A DNA stretch of 64,000 bases. Source: Prochlorococcus sp. AG-363-A03 (GTDB taxonomy: Bacteria; Cyanobacteriota; Cyanobacteriia; PCC-6307; Cyanobiaceae). Positions 57,423 through 64,000 of this stretch are shown here, in pieces (the first letter of the stretch is position 1; the number at the start of each line of letters is the position of its first letter). The position numbers and the translations under genes are program-made. Where the stretch lies: contig QCEW01000002.1 in NCBI GenBank assembly GCA_003280445.1, forward strand, positions 3,969 to 67,968, read 5' to 3'. The notes below the pieces were generated by a model. That model saw only the letters and a program-made list of their open reading frames with translations. It ran no database searches and had not been told where the DNA came from.

Positions 57423-57762
57423 CTAATTAAATCCTAGTTTCAAAGTTCCCCAAAGATCAAATGCGCCAAATAAAAAAGCTATAAAAACCAAATCCCATGC
57501 TTTCTGCTTAATAGCCCATGGGGCAAAAAAGACCTCACCAATCCCATGAAGAGCTGCTCCTACTCCTAGATGATCTAAAACCAAAAGGCCATGTGATAGT
57601 AAAAATAATCCGCTAGCGAAGTATCTCAAAAATATATCGTAAGTTATGAGTTTAATTTTTTTTTATGTTCGAAAAAGTTATCGCTGTTGCGGGGATAGAT
57701 TTAAAGGTTTTAATCATTTCATCAACCAAAAGTTTTTTATTTTTAATAGTTGATTTAGCCAT
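57423..57762 (-). pseudogene. Small membrane protein gene interrupted by +1 frameshift in an A9 tract
   Basis: ATG 57762 frame stops at 57652-57654; deleting one A from the run at 57656-57664 fuses it to the 57423-57629 ORF (112 aa). Confidence 0.55.
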
Positions 57763-57904
57763 GACTTAATAATATTTTATGTCATCTAACTTATTAATAT
57801 TTTTCATAATCTTATGTATCATTAATTGCTTTGTGAGCTAACTAGAACAAATCATATTTGATGCCTTTTAGTAAAATCAAATACTTTTCTTCTTGTCCAA
57901 CAGA

Positions 57905-57933
57905 TAATTAATTCACTAAAAGTGAATTAATTA
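57905..57933. repeat. Perfect 13-bp inverted repeat
   Basis: TAATTAATTCACT-AAA-AGTGAATTAATTA. Confidence 0.8.
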
Positions 57934-57985
57934 ATACAGTTAGATATATTTATTCCAGTAATGTTTGGAACAAATAAATTTTTTG

Positions 57986-58495
57986 ATGAAACTCAATTTT
58001 GTACCAGTTAATATTTTTCGAGAGACTCCTGAAGTAACTTTTTTAGATGCCAGTGTTGAAGGTTCAAATGGTAGTGATGTCGTTATTCATAGAGGAGGAG
58101 CAACTTCACCTCCTGATTTAAATGGCTTTGAGCAATATTATGTACACCATCATCAAACAGATAATAATCTTGTACTTGAGGGAGATAGAACCTTTACACT
58201 ATTAAATCCTCTTTGGGATGAACCCCATCACATAATTTATCTCCATAGATTCATGGGTGCACTTCAAATACCTATCGGTACATTTCATAGATCAATATCT
58301 GGAAAAGATGGAAGTATTGTTATCAATCAGGCAATTAGAGACAAACAATTTGAATCGAATACAGAATTTAATCCTATAAGTATTCAAAACAGAATTGATC
58401 TACAACAAGCAAAATCTACAGAGCCTATTATCTGGTTATGGAAAGATGGAGAAATCAAAAGAATAAAAGATTCTCTATTTTTAAAAGTAGTTTAA
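57986..58495 (+). CDS. Cupin-like hypothetical protein
   Basis: FRETPEVTF, YYVHHHQTDNNLVLEGDRTF, LQIPIGTFHRSISG resemble the two cupin motifs. Confidence 0.75.
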   Translation: MKLNFVPVNIFRETPEVTFLDASVEGSNGSDVVIHRGGATSPPDLNGFEQYYVHHHQTDNNLVLEGDRTFTLLNPLWDEPHHIIYLHRFMGALQIPIGTFHRSISGKDGSIVINQAIRDKQFESNTEFNPISIQNRIDLQQAKSTEPIIWLWKDGEIKRIKDSLFLKVV

Positions 58496-58542
58496 TTTAA
58501 GTAGGTTTTATTAAAACCAAATTAATTTCATATATATAGTAT

Positions 58543-58653
58543 CTAAGAAATATTTATTTTAAATGCTATTTCTAAGAATAAAACAAATAATACACCTGAC
58601 ATTGCAATCCTGCCATGAACTATCTCAGTTTTGCTTAGTCTCTCGAAAGACAT
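58543..58653 (-). CDS. hli: Short Hli-like protein, 36 aa (not in ORF track)
   Basis: MSFERLSKTEIVHGRIAMSGVLFVLFLEIAFKINIS with ExxHGRxAM motif and one TM helix. Confidence 0.72.
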   Translation of the reverse strand: MSFERLSKTEIVHGRIAMSGVLFVLFLEIAFKINIS

Positions 58654-58847
58654 GAACTAAAAGCAAGCTAGTTAATTTATACCAAACCAAATAAAGAGAG
58701 CAAGTATCAAAAAATGCTTTTTCATGTTAATTAAATTATTCAATTTTATTTGTAAAAATAAAAGACTACGTTGCAAAAGATATTGTATCTCTTACGACAG
58801 ACTAAATTTTTATGATAAATAATCATACAAAAAGCCTTAAGTAATAA

Positions 58848-58991
58848 ATGAGTCCACTCTTTAAATGCCTTGGCTGTGGACAAAATATCGAAAGGTCAAC
58901 AAAGACTTTTTGGAAAAAGAAAGGTCATATTCTTTGCTCCACTTGCCAAGACAAAATAGAGAAAGAAACTTCTTTTAATCAAACAAAATAG
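58848..58991 (+). CDS. Small zinc-ribbon protein, 47 aa (not in ORF track)
   Basis: MSPLFKCLGCGQNIERSTKTFWKKKGHILCSTCQDKIEKETSFNQTK: CxxC-19-CxxC. Confidence 0.65.
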   Translation: MSPLFKCLGCGQNIERSTKTFWKKKGHILCSTCQDKIEKETSFNQTK

Positions 58992-58993
58992 AC

Positions 58994-59701
58994 TTAAACA
59001 CTAAGGAATCTCTCTACCACCGCTTTACTTAATTCACTGGTTGGGCCATTTGCCACTATTCCGCCACGTTGCATTGCATAATAACGATCAGCTTGCCTAA
59101 CGAAATGCAGATGTTGCTCTACTAATAAAACTCCAACACCAGTCTCACTAATAATCCTTTTGACTGCAGACTCAATATCTTGCACGATATTAGGTTGTAT
59201 TCCTTCAGTTGGTTCATCAAGTAAAAGTAACTTTGGTTTTCCCAGCAGTGCTCGCGCAATGGCAAGTTGTTGCTGTTGTCCACCGCTTAAGTCACCCCCT
59301 TTACGATCTAGAAATTGTTTTAAGACAGGGAATAGTTCATATACAAGTTCATCAATCTTTTTATGCTTTGCTAAACCTCCAGGCAAAGCTTCCAATCCAA
59401 GTTGAAGATTTTCCTCGACAGTTAGATAAGGTATTATTTCTCGCCCTTGAGGAACATACCCAATTCCGGAACGAGCTCTTTGATGAGGTGGCTTTCTATT
59501 TACTAAATCTCCATTAAAAATAATCTCTCCACGCCGTGGAGTTAATAACCCTATTAAGGATTTAAGCAAAGTTGTTTTACCTACTCCATTTCGACCTATA
59601 AGACAAATCATCTCACCTTGACTGATATTCATATCAACATCTCGAAGAATATGACTCTCGCCATAGTAGGTATTCAAGCCTTTTATCTGCAGCATAGTCA
59701 T
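58994..59701 (-). CDS. urtE: Urea ABC transporter ATP-binding protein UrtE
   Basis: YYGESHIL, GRNGVGKTT, YVPQGREI, LSGGQQQQLAIARAL, DEPTEGIQP. Confidence 0.95.
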   Translation of the reverse strand: MTMLQIKGLNTYYGESHILRDVDMNISQGEMICLIGRNGVGKTTLLKSLIGLLTPRRGEIIFNGDLVNRKPPHQRARSGIGYVPQGREIIPYLTVEENLQLGLEALPGGLAKHKKIDELVYELFPVLKQFLDRKGGDLSGGQQQQLAIARALLGKPKLLLLDEPTEGIQPNIVQDIESAVKRIISETGVGVLLVEQHLHFVRQADRYYAMQRGGIVANGPTSELSKAVVERFLSV

Positions 59702-60453
59702 TATTCTTCCTCCTCAGATTGTCCTAGATAAACCTCTATCACCAAAGGATCTTTTTGTATTTCGCTCATAGAGCCTTCCTTCAACACATGTCCTTGGTGT
59801 AAAACACTCACAGGACAATCAAGTCTACGAATAAATTCCATATCATGATCAATAACTAAAACAGTATGATCACCCGCTAAAGATTTAAGAAGATCAGCAG
59901 TTAAGTCTGTTTCTTCATCAGTCAAACCAGCTACAGGTTCATCAACAAGTAACAGGTCAGGGTCTTGTCCAACTAGCATAGCGATCTCAAGCCATTGTTT
60001 TTGACCATGAGAAAGAGCTCCCGCCCTGATATTGGCTTTTGATTGAAGGTTGACAATACTCATCAAATGTTGAATTTGATCTAAATGTTTAACCTTTAAA
60101 CTATTCATCAACAAAGACAAAGGAGTTTTAGGCCTGCTAACTGATAGAGCTAGATTTTCTTGTACAGATAGATTTTCAAATATCCTTGGACTTTGAAATT
60201 TTCTTCCAATCCCTTTACGCGCTATACGAAACTCTTTTTGACCAAGCAACGATTTTTCTTTAAAAATCACATCACCCTTTGTCGGTAATACTTTGCCAGT
60301 AATTACATCTAAAAATGTAGTTTTACCTGCGCCATTGGGACCAATAACTGCTCTAAGATCGCCTTTATTCAAAACCAGATCAAGATCTCTAAGAGCAAGA
60401 AAGCCTTCAAAGCTAACTGAGATTTGTTTTAGCTCTAGCAATGGAGAACTCAT
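59701..60453 (-). CDS. urtD: Urea ABC transporter ATP-binding protein UrtD
   Basis: GPNGAGKTT, GIGRKFQ, LSHGQKQWLEI, DEPVAGL. Confidence 0.95.
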   Translation of the reverse strand: MSSPLLELKQISVSFEGFLALRDLDLVLNKGDLRAVIGPNGAGKTTFLDVITGKVLPTKGDVIFKEKSLLGQKEFRIARKGIGRKFQSPRIFENLSVQENLALSVSRPKTPLSLLMNSLKVKHLDQIQHLMSIVNLQSKANIRAGALSHGQKQWLEIAMLVGQDPDLLLVDEPVAGLTDEETDLTADLLKSLAGDHTVLVIDHDMEFIRRLDCPVSVLHQGHVLKEGSMSEIQKDPLVIEVYLGQSEEEE

Positions 60454-61577
60454 GGTTTCACCTCACCTTCTTCATTAACTTCAAGACTTGGATATGTCTC
60501 CAGTTTTCTATTAATACCAATTAAAAAGAGTAATTTCTTTAGGCCTCCTTTTCGGATCCATCCCAGTACACCCTCTGGGAGAGCTGTTACAACAAGAATA
60601 AATAATCCACCTTGAATAAACATCCAGCTTGCTGGTAATGCTTCACTCACTAAACTTTTTGCATAATTAATTAACACAGCTCCAAGAATTGCGCCTAGTA
60701 AAGTTCCTCTGCCCCCAACGGCAACCCAAACAACCATTTCTATAGAGAACGGAACAGTCATAAATTGAGGAGAAACTATTCCAGATTGAACTGTGTACAA
60801 AGCTCCTGAAATACCTGCTAATCCTCCAGCTATTGAGAAAATTATTGTTTTAAAAATTACTGGATTATATCCAGTGAAACGAACTCGAGCTTCATCATCT
60901 CTAATTCCAATAAGGATATTTCCAAATCTATCTCGAACAATCCACCTCGCAAAAAACCATGCAAATATGACTAAAATAGCTGATATCCAAAAGAACCATC
61001 TTTGCATTATTTCTGAACCTACCATTTGTCCAAAAAGTTGAGTCACGTCTGTTTTTAAACCATTCGTTCCATTAATCAATTTCTGTTGACCATTAAAGAA
61101 ATTGAAAAAAACCAAAAGAGCCGCTTGTGTAAGGATTGAAAAATAAACACCTTTAATTCTATTTCTAAAAACTAGATAACCGAGAAGACCAGCAATTATT
61201 GCTGGTAGTAACCAAATAGAAATAAGAGTAAAAATTGAACTTTTAAAAGGTTCCCAGAAAAATGGAAGTTTTTCGACTCCATATAAACCAAAAAATTCAG
61301 GTATACCATTTGGGAATTGTCCTGAACTATTCAATTGGAGGAACATTGCAGCACAATATCCACCAAGAGCAAAGAAAATTCCTTGCCCTAAGCTCAACAT
61401 TCCTGTAAATCCCCAAATCAAATCAACTCCTAAAGCCACTATTGCAAGTGATAGGTATCTACCTAAAAGATTTAATCTAAAAACAGGTAATAATGCAGGA
61501 GCAGCAATAATTAATGCAATGATTAGCACCCAAATAGTTAAGTTAATCCAACTTTTTTTTGTAGAAAAAATACTCAT
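60450..61577 (-). CDS. urtC: Urea ABC transporter permease UrtC
   Basis: DLIWGFTGMLSLGQG, RIKGVYFSILTQA, SIEMVVWVAVGGRG. Confidence 0.95.
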   Translation of the reverse strand: MSIFSTKKSWINLTIWVLIIALIIAAPALLPVFRLNLLGRYLSLAIVALGVDLIWGFTGMLSLGQGIFFALGGYCAAMFLQLNSSGQFPNGIPEFFGLYGVEKLPFFWEPFKSSIFTLISIWLLPAIIAGLLGYLVFRNRIKGVYFSILTQAALLVFFNFFNGQQKLINGTNGLKTDVTQLFGQMVGSEIMQRWFFWISAILVIFAWFFARWIVRDRFGNILIGIRDDEARVRFTGYNPVIFKTIIFSIAGGLAGISGALYTVQSGIVSPQFMTVPFSIEMVVWVAVGGRGTLLGAILGAVLINYAKSLVSEALPASWMFIQGGLFILVVTALPEGVLGWIRKGGLKKLLFLIGINRKLETYPSLEVNEEGEVKP

Positions 61578-61580
61578 AAG

Positions 61581-62738
61581 TTAAGACTCCACCATTCTTC
61601 CTTTTTGAGGGAACATCCCAGTTGGTCGAAATTGCAAGAATATGACTATTAGTGCAAATATCATTACTCTAGCCATACTTGTTGTCGCAAAAAAATCTAT
61701 TGTTGATGCTAGAGGTGAAGGCATATCTGGCCAAATGGTAAGAAGTCTCCCTGCTCCAATTAAATCAGTCATAATTCCTATAGAAAAAGAAGCAAGAATT
61801 GTGCCTAGCAAATTACCTACTCCACCAAGAACGACAACCATAAAACATCCCACAATATAATTTCCGCCAACATTTGGGCCTACTGAACCAAGAAGTGAAA
61901 CTGCAACTCCAGCGACACCAGCAAGACCAGAGCCAATTCCAAAAGTAATAATATCTACTGTTTCTGTTGAGATACCTAAACAATCACTCATAGGTCTGTT
62001 TTGAGTTACTGCTCTAATTCTCATTCCCCACGCTGTTTTATCGAGAAAGAAAATCACTACTAAAACAGATACTACGGTGATAAGGATTATTAATAATCTT
62101 GTTTTAGGAAAAGTAATTCCAACAAAATCTATACCACCTCTCATCCAAGAAGGAGCAGTAACATCAACATTCCTTGCACTTGCACGACTCAGTTTACTTA
62201 CTAAAGAAGATAAAATCCCTCCTGTTGCGACACCTAGTAAGGAAGAAAAGCCCCAAGTACATGCCCTTATTAATCTACCTTTTGCACCAGAAAGTAAGTC
62301 ATCAGAAATAAATAATGGTGAAAACAAGCCAAAGAAAAGTGCTACAACCAAGCCACTTGCATAAGCCAGAGGAACACTTCTAACAAATTGTTGAAGGATT
62401 AGGCTAACTCCCCATGTAGCTAAAAGTGTTTCAAGAGGACTTCCATAGAGACGTCTAATAACTGTTCGTTCTAAAAGAATCCCAACTGTTCCACTAACTA
62501 AAAAAGCAATCCCAATTGCAACTATGACATACGAATCATAAAAAGGTTTTAAGAAAGAAACTTGTTTAAAAATTAATTGAGTTATGTATGTGGAATAAGC
62601 ACCAAGCATCATCAATTCGCCATGAGCAAGATTAATGACACCCATTAAACCGAAGACAATTGCTAGTCCCAGTGCTGCGACGAGCAAAACTGAGCCAATA
62701 GCAACGCCATTAAAGAGGCTTTCAAGAAAAAGTTGCAC
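61581..62738 (-). CDS. urtB: Urea ABC transporter permease UrtB
   Basis: GLAIVFGLMGVINLAHGE, PLETLLATWG, RAVTQNR. Confidence 0.95.
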   Translation of the reverse strand: MQLFLESLFNGVAIGSVLLVAALGLAIVFGLMGVINLAHGELMMLGAYSTYITQLIFKQVSFLKPFYDSYVIVAIGIAFLVSGTVGILLERTVIRRLYGSPLETLLATWGVSLILQQFVRSVPLAYASGLVVALFFGLFSPLFISDDLLSGAKGRLIRACTWGFSSLLGVATGGILSSLVSKLSRASARNVDVTAPSWMRGGIDFVGITFPKTRLLIILITVVSVLVVIFFLDKTAWGMRIRAVTQNRPMSDCLGISTETVDIITFGIGSGLAGVAGVAVSLLGSVGPNVGGNYIVGCFMVVVLGGVGNLLGTILASFSIGIMTDLIGAGRLLTIWPDMPSPLASTIDFFATTSMARVMIFALIVIFLQFRPTGMFPQKGRMVES

Positions 62739-62761
62739 TAGCTTGGTTGTTTTTTTAAAGA

Positions 62762-62787
62762 AATAAGGAGCCCGAAGGCTCCTTATT
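62762..62787 (-). terminator. Stem-loop between urtA and urtB (terminator/mRNA stabiliser)
   Basis: Minus strand AATAAGGAGCC-TTCG-GGCTCCTTATT with cUUCGg tetraloop, followed by T-rich tail. Confidence 0.8.
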
Positions 62788-62815
62788 AGAATCTATTTAT
62801 AAGTCAGAAATTGAA

Positions 62816-64000
62816 TCACATCCTATATTTTTCACCTTTCTTAGGATCAGTCCAATCACAAGCGTAACCTTTTGAACTTGGATGTTTTTGGTTCCATGCT
62901 TGTGGCTCAACTACTCCAGTTTCTTCAAGGATTGTGAATCCACCCTCTGCATTGATTTCACCGATTCTCACTGTTTGAGATAGGTGATGATTTGCCATCA
63001 CTTCTACTGGACCCTGAGGAGCATCGAATGTCTGACCAACCAATGCTTCTCTAACCGCATTGTCATCAAATGTACCTGCATCTTCAACTGCCTGCTTCCA
63101 AAGATAAACCATGTTATAAGCAGATTCTTGAGGATCAGCCACAACACGATCACTACCCCATCTCTTCTTAAAGCTCTTAGCAAATTTCTTAGAAGCTGGA
63201 GTATCAATAGACATCATGTAGTTCCAAGCACCATAGTGGCCCTCAAGGAACTCAGGTCCAATCGTACTAATCTCTTCTTCCGCAATGGAGTAGTTCATTA
63301 CGTAATAACCATTAGAAGGAGTGATTCCTGCGTCCTGGATTTGTTTGAAGAAAGCAACATTTTGGTCACCATTCAAAGTGTTAACTATGATTCCACCATC
63401 AGGAAGAGCAACTTTTATCTTCGAGATAATAGGTGCCACCTCAGTATTACCCAAAGGAAGATAATCTTCTCCAACAACTTTACCTCCAAGTTGTTTCACT
63501 TGAGCTTTAGTAATTGTGTTAGAAGTTCTTGGGAAAACATAGTCAGAACCAACTAAGAAGAAATCGCCTCCAGCAGCTGGTGAGCGCTTATACATGAAAT
63601 CAGTAGCAGGCTCAGACTGCTGATTTGGAGTCGCTCCTGTATAAAAAATGTTATTGGAGCACTCTTGTGCTTCATATTGAATTGGGTAATAAAGGAATGC
63701 ATCTTTTGATTCATAAACTGGAAGCATTGCCTTTCGACTTGCAGAAGTCCAGCCACCAAAGACTACTGGTACTCCATCTTGGTCGATTAACTTCTTGGAT
63801 TTCTCTGCAAAGGTAGGCCAATCTGAGGCACCATCTTCAACGATGTATTCAATTTTATAGCTTTTACCGTCGACTGTTACACCGCCAGCCGCATTGATTT
63901 CCTCAATAGCCATTTTCTCTGTATCAACAAGAGTTGATTCCGAGATTGCCATTGTCCCTGAAAGAGAATGGAGAATTCCAACAGTTACGGTGTCGTCAAA
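62816..64000 (-). CDS. urtA: Urea ABC transporter substrate-binding protein UrtA (5' truncated by window edge)
   Basis: Frame open to window end (VTVGILHSLSGTMAISE); EDGASDWPTF, GGWTSASRK, GSDYVFPR, NTLNGD. Confidence 0.96.
   Translation of the reverse strand, partial: FDDTVTVGILHSLSGTMAISESTLVDTEKMAIEEINAAGGVTVDGKSYKIEYIVEDGASDWPTFAEKSKKLIDQDGVPVVFGGWTSASRKAMLPVYESKDAFLYYPIQYEAQECSNNIFYTGATPNQQSEPATDFMYKRSPAAGGDFFLVGSDYVFPRTSNTITKAQVKQLGGKVVGEDYLPLGNTEVAPIISKIKVALPDGGIIVNTLNGDQNVAFFKQIQDAGITPSNGYYVMNYSIAEEEISTIGPEFLEGHYGAWNYMMSIDTPASKKFAKSFKKRWGSDRVVADPQESAYNMVYLWKQAVEDAGTFDDNAVREALVGQTFDAPQGPVEVMANHHLSQTVRIGEINAEGGFTILEETGVVEPQAWNQKHPSSKGYACDWTDPKKGEKYRM

Larger units (their letters stand above)
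43909..58993. other. Accessory/genomic-island-like region between tRNA-Thr and urt operon
   Basis: Starts at a tRNA 3' end; metal-uptake and small hypothetical genes, long AT-rich intergenic gaps. No integrase or att duplication seen. Confidence 0.6.

Noticed and set aside
43909-58993. Prophage, tycheposon or integrative element at tRNA-Thr
   Set aside because: No integrase, replication or structural genes, and I found no duplicated tRNA 3' end.
62984-63556. 190-aa plus-strand ORF and other short ORFs nested in rpo, infB, urt, znu and SSS genes
   Set aside because: Antisense or alternate-frame shadows of well-supported genes with no recognisable motifs.

Overview
Chromosomal window from a marine picocyanobacterium, most likely a low-light Prochlorococcus (inferred from low GC, split rpoC1/rpoC2, hli genes, urtABCDE and gene order; not checked against a database). 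Bases 1-43.8 kb are core genome: ftsW-ccdA-ccsB, queF, NtcA-controlled hypothetical-glnB, tlyA, purB, fumC, a Ski2/HelY-like helicase, bioF-bioK-bioC-bioD-bioA, rsmG, ferredoxin/ycf35 cluster, Na+/solute symporter, rlmN, hli, rpoB-rpoC1-rpoC2, tatD, rpsT, hisD, rpiA, htrA and rimP-nusA-ylxR-infB. After tRNA-Thr(CGT) at 43.8 kb lies a ~15 kb accessory, island-like region. Its first part is a metal-acquisition cluster: folE, a His/Met-rich porin with a (Gly-Gly-Met)n tandem repeat, two DUF3721-like proteins, a Cys-rich ribbon-helix-helix protein, znuB-zur-znuC-znuA with a Zur box, a COG0523 GTPase and a WD40 protein. Its second part is AT-rich, with many small ORFs, a glutamine (Downstream-peptide) riboswitch ahead of a DUF4278 peptide, a candidate sRNA and a poly-A frameshifted gene. 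The window ends in urtEDCBA. The two most notable observations are (1) the same unnamed ~130-aa 'FEWxGVFxL...DPxM...FTxH' domain inserted into both ZnuA and the COG0523 GTPase, and (2) a two-hairpin candidate sRNA whose loop is perfectly complementary to the pseudoknot loop of the neighbouring riboswitch.
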